Positions 27,287 to 39,843 of a stretch of 64,000 nt of DNA are shown here, piece by piece. Every line of letters starts with the position of its first letter. Position 1 is the stretch's first letter. The notes under the pieces are model-generated. The model was given only the letters and a program-made list of their open reading frames with translations, was not told where the DNA came from and made no database searches. Position numbers and translations under genes: made by a program. This DNA comes from Octopus vulgaris (Eukaryota): the NCBI GenBank assembly GCA_951406725.2, contig OX597822.1, forward strand, positions 82,274,001 to 82,338,000, in the 5' to 3' direction.

Positions 27287-28012
27287 CTCCATGTATGTGC
27301 TATATATTATGGACTCTACCACTATTGACCAACTCTCCTTGATGTATATCAGTTAGTCAATCAATCAATCAGCCGATAAATTCAATCCAAATACTGTGTG
27401 TGTGTGTATGTGTGTGTGTGTGTGTATGCATATGTGTGTGCATGTGTGTGTTTGTGTGTGTGTACATGCAAACAAAATAACCCAGGTTAATTCAGAAATG
27501 CCTGCATCGTCTCTGTTTGCCCTTGTCTCCTCCTTGAACCCTATTATTCAACTCATATATATATATATATGCATGTGTGTCTTTGTGTCAGCCCTTGTCC
27601 CCCACCACCGCTTCACAACCGGTGTGTTGGTGTGTTTATGTCCCCCATAAATTAATGGTTTGACAAAAAGAGACCGATAGAATAAGTACCAGGCTTAAAA
27701 GACAAAAAATGTCCAGTGGTCGATTTGTTCAACTAAAATTCTTCAAGGTAGTGCTCCAGCAGTTGGCGTAATAGTGACGAGGATTAAGGTGGCGATGGTG
27801 ATGATGAGGGTGATGATGGTGGTGGTGGTGGTGAGAAGGATGATGATGATGAGGAGGAGGAGGAGGTGGACAGGCTGCCTTTTAGCTTTTGTCCATTTAA
27901 CATAATGGAACTTGAGTTAAGCAGCAGCTCTTTAGAACCATTTGTGGGTTTAGGAAACACATTTATACCCTATCAACCATAGTGTAAATGATAACTGACA
28001 CTTCAAATAATC

Positions 28013-28226
28013 TTTTCTACTCTAAGCACAAGGCCTAAAATTTTGGGGGATGGGGCCAGTTGATTAGATTGACCCCAGTATGCAACTGGTACTTAATTTA
28101 TCGACCTGGAAAGGATGAAAGGCAAAGTTGACCTCGGCAGAATTTGAACTCAGAATGTAAAGACAGACGAAATACTGCTAAGCATTCCGCCTGGTGTGCT
28201 AACAATTCTGCCAGCTTGCTGTCTTT
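28013..28226 (-). mobile_element. SINE family A
   Basis: Full-length match to the 17960 copy. Confidence 0.85.
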
Positions 28227-28421
28227 AGGAAGAAAGTGAAGAATTGAAAGCCTCCAAGAGCTCTATAGACTGTTTTATATATATCATCATCATCATCATC
28301 ATCGTCGTTTAACGTCCGTTCTCCATGCTAGCATGGGTTGGACGGTTCGACCGGGGTTCTGGCCAGGCGGGGCTGGCAACGGCCACGGTCAGTTTGGTGT
28401 ATTTTATGTACGGTCAGATTG

Positions 28422-28458
<37 letters not shown>

Positions 28459-28459
28459 C

Positions 28460-28622
28460 AGTGGGCTGCTCTCAGATTCCGTCTACTAAATCCACTCACG
28501 AGGCTTCGGTCAGCCCAAGGCTAGAGTAGAAGACACTTGCCCAAGGTGTCACTCTGTGGGACTGAACCTGGAACCATGTGGCTAGGAAGCAAACTTCTCA
28601 CTACACAGCCACACCTGCACCT
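28460..28622 (-). mobile_element. SINE family B, 5' half
   Basis: 'aaatccactcacgaggc...gacacttgcccaaggtg...gggactgaacctggaaccatgtgg'. Confidence 0.8.
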
Positions 28623-29280
28623 GTTCTATTGATGAAACAAACAATCAAATAAATAAATAAATTAATTAATTAATAAAAGTCCTGTAGAGGATTCAAGCAA
28701 TTTCCTCTTTTCTTTCCAACTGAATGAGTGTTTTACTTCAAAGTTCCAGTCAATTAGAGTCTAAAACCAGGGAAACCATGACTCAGCAGAGGAGCCTGTA
28801 CATGGTGAAAGCCCATTGCACGAATGCATGCAAACACACACATTCATTCATTCATTCATGATTTGTTTTATTGGGCTCTGAATGAGAAGGCCTATAATGA
28901 AAGCTAATCCAAATGTGACCATCCTGTCCTTCTTTTCATCCGCAAGCCATTTTCCATTTCTTATCCACTGGAGAAAACATTTGTAAAGTAAAATACAAGG
29001 ACCTACAAACACAAGCCTCAAAACTGTTGCATCTAAGAACAACAATGGTACCTATGGTCATTGGAACTTCAGAAAACAATACCAAATGGGTCTCTTAGAC
29101 ACTAAAATGGCTAAATACCTGAAAACCCAAGCTATGAGAAATTATACATTTTGAGTTCAAATCTCACAAACACTAGGAGGGAAGTGATTGACTTTGCTCC
29201 TTCCCTCAAAATTCCTGTTCTTGTGCCAATATTAGAATGAAAATTATTATTATCATTATCATTAATATTACTATTATTAT

Positions 29281-29350
29281 TGAGTGAGAGAGCAGTTTCC
29301 TGCTCATTAATAGGGTTGCTTTAGGATGTTGAACGAAACACCTATGTTTC

Positions 29351-29396
<46 letters not shown>

Positions 29397-29481
29397 CCAA
29401 GACAAAACAATGTACATGATAACACTTCCAATCAGTTAAGATCAGAAGCATGAGAGCCACTGCCTGGTACTGCATCAGGGC

Positions 29482-29549
<68 letters not shown>

Positions 29550-29992
29550 GAGAGAGCAGTGCATGCCATCAAAGTGACACTGGAGTAAAATATACAAAGT
29601 CCAGTATACCCATCGTAACTACCCGTCTGATAAGGGTGGACTAGGACCATATGTGCGCGACATAGTGATATCATATCAAGATAAACAGTACATGACCTTG
29701 CAGGTGAGGCCCAGTTAGAATTTTCTACTAGTCGAGTAACCCATCCTGCTCAAAAGGTCCCTGAACAAGGGTCGTTTAAGGATGTTGAACGAAACACCCT
29801 GTTTCCAGAGGTGAATTATTCAAACCCCAAAGAATCCCTCTCAGCACATGGCTATGATGCTCCTCCACTACTTCTACTCGTGATCAGAGATGCACATATT
29901 GTCAGCCACTAAGGGACACGGTCAACTTGTTATGGTCAAACCACTGACAGGCAAATCTGTGGTATTGAGCAGAATATTTGATGTAGCTCATC

Positions 29993-29996
<4 letters not shown>
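29281..29996 (-). mobile_element. (TAA)n-embedded non-coding retroelement fragments
   Basis: Three complex blocks (29281-29352, 29395-29482, 29549-29996), each bounded by (TTA)n; blocks 1 and 3 share 'gagagagcagt' and 'aggatgttgaacgaaacacc..gtttcca'. Confidence 0.6.
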
Positions 29997-30057
<61 letters not shown>

Positions 30058-31616
30058 GCTGATGTTGTAAAAGAAAATATTGTAAATAGAAACTGCCATT
30101 ATTTCTATTTCCAGTTTGCTCATTATGTTTCACTCTTAAAATTATTTTCACACACAGGGCATATTTATTTTATCATTTATCTATTTGTTTATTTATTTAT
30201 TGGTCTGCTGTTTTCCACAATCAAACAGTGACTGTTGATACTTTTATATTGGAAAAGTAAAAACAAAAAAAAAAACATAAAAAGAAACAGAATTTTTCTT
30301 GTTTCTTTTACATCCATCTTGAGACATGATTAAAGTATCAAACGCTATAGTGCTGTGTATGCACATGTGTGTGTGTGTGTGTGTGTGTCTATGTGTGTGT
30401 GTGTGTGTGTATGCATGTGTGCATGTGTGTGTGCGTGTTTGTGTGTGTCTGTGTGCATGTTTGTGTGTATGTGTGTGTGTGTGTGTGTGCATGAGTGAGT
30501 ATATGTGTGCATGTTTGTGTGTGCATGTGTGTGTGTGTATGTGCATGTATGCATGAGTGTGTGTGTGTATGCATGTGTGCATGTGTGTGTGCATGTTTGT
30601 GCATGTGTGTGCATGAGTGAGTATGTGTGTGCATGTTTGTGTGTGTATGTGCATGCATGCATGAGTGTGTGTGTTTGTGTGTGTGTATGCATGCATGTGT
30701 TGCATGTTTGTGCGTGTGTGTGTGTGTGTGTGAAATTGTTTCCTTTCCTCACCCTTTTCCATATATTTCTGATGTCTGATTGAAACGATACAAAAGATGC
30801 AGGGAAGATTTCTGGAATGTGTGTGTGCATGTGTGTGTGTGTGTGCACGCACATGAGAGTGAGTGTGTGTATGTGTGTGTGTTTGAGAGAGAGTGTGTAT
30901 GTGTGTGCATGTAAAGTTTAAAATAGTGCTTTTTATATGCCTAAAAACTATAAATATTGACCGAATAAAGGACACAGCTCCTATTTAGAAACGTACTTTT
31001 ATTGACAGTGACTTTGAAGTTCCTCTAGTGATGTGGTTTATTCAGTTTCTATATAGGTATATAAAATTTCCCTCTATTCTCATTTCTACCCATCTGTCAT
31101 GTGCCTCTCAGACATCCACAAACTTACTTAGCCACCACTTCTCTTGAATTCAATTTCTTATAAAATGGGGGTATATACCCTGATACATCTTCATCACCAA
31201 CCACCCTTTCTCTTTTCCATCTGGGGTAACCTGGTAACACCTCCTCTTCCTCTACCCTACTTTATCCTCTCATCACCTGACATAAAGCTATTGCCCCCTG
31301 CCTCAGTTGTGTGGGGTCTTGCCTCACAAGTTACTTGGTAACCTCACCAGTGTGGGTGCCACTTACAAAGCACCTAGTACACTCAGTAAAGTGGCTGGTG
31401 TTAGGAAGGGCATCTGGCCCTCGAAACTATGGTAAAGAAGACAATGGACCTTGGCACACTGGCTCCTTTCAAATCATCCCAATCATGAGAAACAAACGAT
31501 GATGATGATGGTGGTGGTGGTGGTGGTGGTAGTGGTGGTGGTGATGATGATGATGATGAGGAGGAGGATGATGATGGCAGTGGTGGTGGTGGTGGTGATG
31601 ATGATGATGAGGATGA

Positions 31617-31651
<35 letters not shown>

Positions 31652-32144
31652 ATGTATAAATGTAAAACAATATAATAAGGGCTTTATGCGTTTTGTTTTT
31701 CGTTACTTTTCTTTTTGCATAAAAAAAAGTAACAGATTGTCTGGAAAAGGTGTGTTGATATATTTGCTTAAATTTTAAAATTATAAAATTTATTTTCCTT
31801 TGAAGATTTTTTGCTTTTTTTTCTCTAATATTTCTTTTTATTTAGCTGTCTGAATACGGCAGACTCTGAACAAAGTTTTTATAATGATGTCTAAAATTAG
31901 GTGTGTGTTAATATGTGTCTGTATGCATGTGTATGTGTGTGTGAGTGTGTATATGTAGGTTTAATTATAGGAAAACTTTTCATTTATGCTTGTTTAATTA
32001 CACAAATAGGTGGAAAGTCTGTTAACCAATTTAAGGATGAACCATTTATAATCTCTCTCCCTCTCTCTGTCTCTCTCTATATATATATATATATATATCT
32101 ATCTATGCATCTATCTATTTCTTTATTTCTCTATCTATCTATCC

Positions 32145-32185
<41 letters not shown>

Positions 32186-32488
32186 CATATCACCTCTCTT
32201 TTCCAACTGAGCTAGCCATGTCCATTCCCAACAGCAAGACACCTATTTCTGTCACTCCTTCACCTAACATAAAGCCACCTTCCTGTCTCATTGCTGCCTT
32301 GTGAATTACTTGGTGACGTCTCTTTGGTTCAGCTGCCACAGAAACAGCTCTCTATAAAGTATCTGGTGTTAGGAAGGGCATCCAGTCATAAAAACTATAC
32401 CAATACAGACATTGCAGCTTGGTGCAGTCATGCTAATGGAAAATGGATGTTAAATGGTAGTGGTGATGATGATAATGATTTATATATA

Positions 32489-32519
<31 letters not shown>

Positions 32520-32531
32520 TATATTTATAAA

Positions 32532-32733
32532 CAAGGGGGTGCTGAAAAGTTTCTGGCTCTAAGGGTATCATGAAGAGTCTGGTTGGAGGCCCAATCTTCT
32601 TAGCTCTTTTACAGGGCTTAGAAAAACTGAAGGATCACTGCAATAAGTGTGTGAATATGAGAGGGTAATATGTTGAATAAAATCATAATTAACTGATCCT
32701 CCTGTATGAACTTTTTAGCCACCACCACCCTTG
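32532..32733 (+). mobile_element. mariner-derived MITE (degenerate)
   Basis: TIR-like 'caagggggtgctgaaaagtt' and 'aactttttagc'; internal LEKLKDHCNKCVNMRG*YVE* resembles a mariner transposase C-terminus. Confidence 0.7.
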
Positions 32734-33237
32734 GTCATATAGTAGAGTGCATTTGTCCAAGGTGCCATGCAGTGGGACTGAACCTAGAACCAAGCGGTTG
32801 GGAAGCGACCTTTTTAAGCAAACAGCTGTGCCTGCGCCTATAGTGTTATCAATGCAGCTCCAAAACCACAAACAAATCTTCACCACAAAGCAAAGTAGAT
32901 GTCACATACAAGCCTGCCGTATATATTCGGATATGGTAAAGCTGCAGAGAATCTAAGGAACACAGTGGTGCATCTGGTGGTGCAGTAGACTCTTGCAGCA
33001 ATTCTTACAAGGAATAGGATTAAATTTAGAACTGCAAAAGAGTAATTCTAAAGCAGCAACAAAAATGAATGTGTTGGTAAAAGAACTTTGGCAAAGAACC
33101 TGAAAGATATGTTGTTACATGACCAGGACTGTTCCAAAGGTCTTTGATATCTCAAAAAATAAGTTGTGGCTTGGAATCAAGGGCATTGATTCCAAATTTA
33201 ACACACTTGTGTATACCATGTAACAGTTTCACTGTTA

Positions 33238-33692
33238 GGCACCTGTGCCAGTGGCACATAAAAGCACTCATTACACTCCTGGAGTGGTTGGCATTGGGAA
33301 GGGCATTGAGCCATAGAAACCATTCCAAATCACACTGGAACCGGGTGCAGCTCTCCAGCTTATCAGCTCTAGTCAAACCTATTTTTTTACTACCCACAAG
33401 GGACTAAACACAGAGAGGACAAACAAGGACAGACAAACGGATTAAGTTGATTATATCGATCCCAGTGCATAACTGGTACTTATTTAATTGACCCCGAAAG
33501 GATGAAAGGCAAAGTCGACCTCGGCAGAATTTGAACTCAGAACATAACGGCAGACGAAATACGGCTATGCATTTCGCCCGGCGTGCTAATGTTTCTGCCA
33601 GCTCGCCACCCTAATACACACAAACCGTCCAACTCTGGTCAAACTGTCCAACCCATGCCAGCATGGAGAGCAGTCGTTAAATGATGGTGATG
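33238..33692 (+). mobile_element. Family C element interrupted by a minus-strand family A-related SINE (33386-33612)
   Basis: The C body breaks at 'gtcaaacc' and resumes at 'gtcaaactgtccaacccatgccagcatgg'; the insert has the A head and core but a different tail. Confidence 0.75.
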
Positions 33693-34273
33693 TTAGGCAC
33701 AAGGCCAGCATCTTTCGGATGGGGTGGAGTAGTCTGTACCATAGACCCCCCACTATGCAACTGGTATTTCATCAACCAACTGCAGAGGATGTGACAGCTT
33801 TGCTTTCTTAGTTCGGAAACCTGTTTTGAATAATAAAAAAACAACATATAAGACCAATTACACTTGCATAAAACAATGTGTGCATATGTGTGTGTGTGTT
33901 GTGTGTGTGTAGTGACTGTGTGTGTGTGTTGTGAGTGTGTGTGTGTTTGTGTGTGCATATGTGTGTGTTGTGAGTGTGTGTGGTTGTGTGTGTGGTTGTG
34001 TGTATGCATGTGTTGTGTGTATATGTGTGTGTGCTGTGTGTGTTTGTGTAAGTGTGTGTGTTTTGTGTCTATGTGTGTTGTGCATGTATGTGTGTGCTTG
34101 TGTATGTGCGTGTGCTGTATGTGTATGTGTGTGTTCTGTGCATGTGTTGTATGTGTATGTGTGTGTTCTGTGCGTGTGTACGTGTGTGTGTTGTGTGTGT
34201 ATGTGTGTCATGAGTGTCTGTGTGTTTGTGTGTGTTTGTGTGTTGTCTGTGTGTGTATGTGTTGTGCATGTGT

Positions 34274-34308
<35 letters not shown>

Positions 34309-34991
34309 CAACTTATACACAACACTACAATTATTTTGTGTGTATAATTTTTAATTAATATTATCTTTTTGAAGTTGTAATTTGATTATCTCAGTCATGC
34401 CTTATCTAATGTTTATATTTTTATATGCAACCCCCCCTAACCCCCCCCCCCCGACCTCCATCACACACATATCTATAACAGATGTGTGCTTGCTTGCATA
34501 AACATATGCGTAGACAGGGGTGTACACACACATAAGAGAGATGCATTTATCTAATTATTCACATCCATAGACGCATATACACAGGCCCACAAATACATAC
34601 ACTCAACACAAACCTGCATTCGACATGTGTGCACACACACACACACACACACACTCACACATACACAAATATGAATATAAATATCACAGCATGGTACCTT
34701 GGGCAAGTGTCTTCTACTATAGCCTTGGGCTGACCAAAGCCTTGTGAGTGGATTTGGTAAGCGGAAACTGAAAGAAGCCCATTGTATACTTTGATACTTT
34801 GATAGGTTTCTGCCATTATTGGCCCAGGCCATGTCTAACTTAATAGCACCACCTGGTGCTATATATGATACATATATATATATGTATCATCATCATCATC
34901 ATCACCATCATCATAATTTAACAACCATTTCCCATGCTGTCATGTGTTGGACAGTTTGACAGGAGAGCTGCACCTGACCCCTTTTGCCTGT

Positions 34992-35022
34992 GACTAGTTT
35001 CTGAGTCATTTCTCATCTTCAG
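34992..35022 (-). ncRNA. Minimal hammerhead ribozyme core (Penelope-type), minus strand
   Basis: CTGAAGA-TGAG(AAATGA)CTCA-GAAAC-TA-GTC; stem I not evident. Confidence 0.55.
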
Positions 35023-35037
35023 TCTGGAGTAGCATGG

Positions 35038-35068
35038 CTGAAGATGAGCAATGACTCAGAAACTAGTC
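35038..35068 (+). ncRNA. Minimal hammerhead ribozyme core (Penelope-type), plus strand
   Basis: CTGAAGA-TGAG(CAATGA)CTCA-GAAAC-TA-GTC; palindromic ACTAGT stem III; GUC cleavage triplet; weak stem I. Confidence 0.6.
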
Positions 35069-35272
35069 TCCGAAGGTTGGCTTTCCTGAGTGGAGGTGCG
35101 TATCTCCTCCTTGTAAACATAAGGACACAGGAAATGTGTCAAGGCCGTGCTTCCTAGGGCTAAATAACAGTAGTAGTATTCCTTTCGTGGGACTGTCACA
35201 TGGGGTTGACAGCATACAACTACTATATCGTGTCACTACTGTATAAATCTCTCTAAGAGATTTAGAAATGTA

Positions 35273-35418
<146 letters not shown>

Positions 35419-35534
35419 GTGTGTATATATGTATATATATGTATGTATATATATATGTATATATATATATATATGTGTATATATATATATTTTATATTTT
35501 TTTTTTGTGTGTGTGTGTGTGTTGTGTGTATATA

Positions 35535-35567
<33 letters not shown>

Positions 35568-35840
35568 GTGTGTGTGCGTGTGTGTCTATATATATATGTG
35601 TGTGTGCATGTGTGTGTATATATATATATATATTATATTATCATATATGCAAAAGTGAGTCACGAAATGTTAAGCTTGGCCTTCATAAACATATATTCTA
35701 AACTCTGCTTTCAGGTATCGAGTTCTCTCTTTTCATGTTCTTTACACTGACATCTTTGTATTCTAGTGATTTCGTACACAAACACAAATGTTAAAAGCTA
35801 CATATACATACATACATACATACATACATACATACATACA

Positions 35841-35876
<36 letters not shown>

Positions 35877-37351
35877 TGAATATATATCTCTGTATATATA
35901 CACATATTGTTTATGCTTTTGTGTATGTGAATATAAACCCTTGCTTATATGCATACATATTCATATATACGCACACACCACACTCGCACATATATATTTC
36001 TGTGTGTGTGTGTGTGTATGTGCACATGTGTGTGTGCATGTATGTGCACATGTGTGTCTGCATGTATGTGCATATATAATATATTTATATGCATACAAAT
36101 ACACACACATACATATACATTCAGACATACATATATACACATGCATATATATACACATATATATATATATGTTTGTGTGTGTATACATATGTACATTTAT
36201 ATATATTAAATAAACATATATATGTATATGCATCTAAACATACACAGATACATACACACCGAGACCCACACATTCACATATATACATACATCCAAGTACA
36301 TCATCTTTTGCATATATGCACATAAGCATACACATTTTTAAGCACTTCCAAACATGTTGGTAAGCACATACTCAGACATAAACTCACATTTCCATATATA
36401 TCCATATATAAAATACACACACACACACATCAGTATCCAGAAAATTAAGAAATCCTAAAAATGATTCAAAGTAATAAGCTTTAGTAACGATAAGCTCGTT
36501 ATTTATCTCTTCTGCAATTTCGCAACCACCACCACTACCATCATCACCACCATCACCACCAACAACAACAACAGCAGTAACATAACTGACATCAACACAA
36601 TCACAACCACCACCATCACTGTATCTATGTCAACCTTCACCGTCGTCACCCTACCATCATCACCATCGCAAACATCACCACACCCATCTCGACCTTCACC
36701 ACCACAATCGCCACAACCACCACCACCACCACCACCACCGCCACCACCGCCACCACCGCCACCACCGCCACCACCCCCACCACCCCCACCACCCCCACCA
36801 CCCCCACCACCCCCACCACCACCCCCACCACCACCACCACCACCACCCATATTCAACTCAACCTTCAATATCACCACCACCGCCACCCATATTTCAATGT
36901 TCCTTATCACCACCACTCTCACCACCACCAACGCCCTCACCACCCATACTTAACTCAACCTTCAATATCACCACCTCCACCATCACCATCACCACCACCA
37001 CTGCCACAACCACCGCCACCACCACCACCACCACCACTAACACACTGCCACCAATATTTAATTCAACCTTCAATATCACTGCCACTGCCACCACGATCAC
37101 CACCACTGCCCTCACCATCACCACACCTATCTCAACCTTCACCTTAAATAAGGATAAACAAGAAAAACAACAGCCAGTTGATTAGTGAATTAGTGAGCCT
37201 CTACATGATTGCTCAAGATGCTAGGAATAGCAGCTAAATCTTCATTGTATCTCATTCTACAAGTTTAAAAAAAAGGGGAATATTGGATAATAGAGCCCAG
37301 TGTACGCATTGAATCAAGAGCATCAAAACAGTTTCTACCAACTTCTATCAT

Positions 37352-37600
37352 GCAGTTAAGATTGTTTGCCAACATAACATGGCAGTCCTGGTTTAGGACA
37401 AATGTTGCTGTAATTTAGCCCCAGGAGACATCATCTCCAGTTGGCTATACAACATGATCTGTGTCCTTGTATTTTTGAACAAGGGAATCTAGCACACCCA
37501 CTCAGCTCAAAACAATATCTGTGTATCGCGATTTCCAGGTTATTTCCCTTCAGTCCTAAACCAGGACTGCCATGTTATGTTGGCAAACAATCTTTACTCC
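37352..37600. mobile_element. MITE with long TIRs, superfamily unassigned
   Basis: Perfect 42-bp inverted repeat at 37358-37399/37553-37594; the same terminus 'gagtaaagattgtttgcca' occurs at about 14722. Confidence 0.85.
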
Positions 37601-38409
37601 AAAGTACTGTTACTGAATATCTCTCATTGTGAGATTTTAAAACTGTAATTTTCTAACTTCTGTCATGTCTAACACAATAATCAACAGACAGCCAAATCGC
37701 CAAGGAAATCTTTATTTAGTTGCTTAACCTGCTAGACACAGCAGCTAAATCTCCACAGAACACGGGTACCTTGAATAATGAAATTCTAGTTACACTCTGT
37801 CTGAGAAAAGACAACATAGACATGGCTGAAATGTTTTTGACTATTGATCAGCTTGACCAGAACTGATAATTAACCAGATGGCTACATCAAAGAGGAAGTC
37901 TCTACATTGTGACTCAATTTGCTAGAAATAGCAGCCCAATCACCCTTAACTCTTCAACATTCTGTCAAATGTAATGCTTATTTATTGCCATTGTTTTTGA
38001 ATGTGTCATGTATTATCTTTTAACTTTGAGATTTTGATGATGTGATTGTTTATTGTTAGCATAAAACAAGTAGAATAGTTGAGCCAGATATGAGCAGTTT
38101 AAATGCTAAAGAGTATCCTTCAGAATGTGAACCTGGGAACACACTGCTTGAGAAAAAACATGAGATAGTTACAGCTAGGAAGGCTTTGATCCTTGGTCTG
38201 CTTGATCCAGTTTGGCCTAGCTCAGCCTCCACGAAAATGGAACAATTATCTTGAGATACTGCTTGGCTACTGTTGTTGCTTCAATGGAAGTTCAGTGTTG
38301 TTAACTGAGTCAAAGTGACCCAATGTCTTCAATTCAAATTGATAAGAGATGTGAAACACCTGAAGAGAACATGACTATGACAACTGTGGGTCAGCCATTC
38401 AGAATATGG

Positions 38410-38670
38410 ACCAATCAATGCCTTGTGAGTGAATTTGGTAGATGGAAACTGTGTAGAAGATCATCATGTGTGAGTTTGTGTTTGTCTCCCAGCTCTGCAT
38501 ATTTACATCCTTGTGACTTAGCAGTTCAGCAAAAGAGATTGATAGAATAAGTACCAGACTGAAAACAAATATTAGAGTCGATTTGTTTGACTGAACCCTT
38601 CAAGGGCGGGGGTGGGGGTGGCAAACATGATCACATTCCAATGACTGAAAACAAGTGAAAGATAAAAGAC
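38410..38670 (+). mobile_element. SINE family B, 3' portion
   Basis: 'ccttgtgagtgaatttggtagatggaaactg...gatagaataagtaccag...aatgactgaaaacaagtgaaagataaaaga'. Confidence 0.7.
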
Positions 38671-39188
38671 AAAAGTTGAGCCCTGGGGGTCAAAGTAATT
38701 GACTTAACTTCTCCCCCGAAATTGCTGCCTTGTGGCACAATTTGATATCAATATTGTAAATTGAACTGAGCAGAGATTTGAAACTTCTCAGGAGAAGTAG
38801 GCTACAATGGTGTGAACCTTGGTAAAGTTTGTATTTTCTTGAGAAGAGAGTTCCACATTGAATACACTGTCCCATTGAAGACATACCACTTGGTTGGTTG
38901 AATTATTATCATGAAAACAGCAATCGATTGTGTCATAGTGGAATAATTTACACGATTCATGTGTGTGTGTGTGCATGTGTGTATATTAGTGTGTTGAATA
39001 TGTGTTTATTTGAATGTGTATACATGTGTCATGAAATCCTGTTGATTGCATACACCCACACATGAGAAAGAAACACTCACACACACGCACACACACCACA
39101 TGAAAATACACAGATATCCATAGATATTAGAATATATATTAACACCATATATGTTCGTACATTTTATGTATGTGATTGCATGCATATA

Positions 39189-39219
<31 letters not shown>

Positions 39220-39222
<3 letters not shown>

Positions 39223-39691
39223 CCGTCTGCCAGCCTCGTCTGGCACCTGTGTCGGTGGCACATAAAAAACACCATCCGAGCGTGGCCGTCTGCCAGCCTC
39301 GTCTGGCACCTGTGTCGGTGGCACATAAAAAACACCATCCGAGCGTGGCCGTCTGCCAGCCTCATCTGGCACCTGTGTCGGTGGCACATAAAAAACACCA
39401 TCCGAGCGTGGCCGTCTGCCAGCCTCGTCTGGCACCTGTGTCGGTGGCACATAAAAAACACCATCCGAGCGTGGCCGTCTGCCAGCCTCGTCTGGCACCT
39501 GTGTCGGTGGCACATAAAATCACCCACTACACTCTCGGAGTGGTTGGCGTTAGGAAGGGCATCCAGCTGTAGAAACACTGCCACATCTGACTGGCCTGGT
39601 GCAGCCTTCGGGCTTCCCAGACCCCAGTTGAACTGTCCAACCCATGCTAGCATGGAAAGCGGACGTTAAACGATGATGATGATGATGATGA

Positions 39692-39693
<2 letters not shown>
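39220..39693 (+). mobile_element. Young family C element with a 5' 63-bp tandem array (~4.7 copies)
   Basis: Units start at 39220, 39283, 39346, 39409 and 39472, with one substitution among the full units; then the C body and (GAT)n tail; CpGs intact. Confidence 0.9.
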
Positions 39694-39728
<35 letters not shown>

Positions 39729-39800
39729 CATATATATATGCATATATATATATACACACACACATACATATATGAATATATATATATATATATGTATATC

Positions 39801-39843
<43 letters not shown>

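Noticed and set aside
29395-29482. Possible U2 snRNA fragment (gcagtacc on the minus strand)
   Set aside because: Only a short word matches; no U2 5' region or Sm site.
30244-30975. Long His/Thr- or Cys/Val-rich ORFs (also 33858-34358, 35268-36325, 40451-40898, 49258-49995)
   Set aside because: Degenerate (CA)n, (TA)n and (CAT)n microsatellites.
36503-36953. Poly-Pro / poly-Gly ORFs
   Set aside because: Translations of (CCA)n.
39220-39519. CRISPR-like regular repeats and repetitive 124-215 aa ORFs
   Set aside because: Head-to-tail units with no unique spacers, no cas genes and a eukaryotic context; the ORFs are open only because 63 is a multiple of 3.
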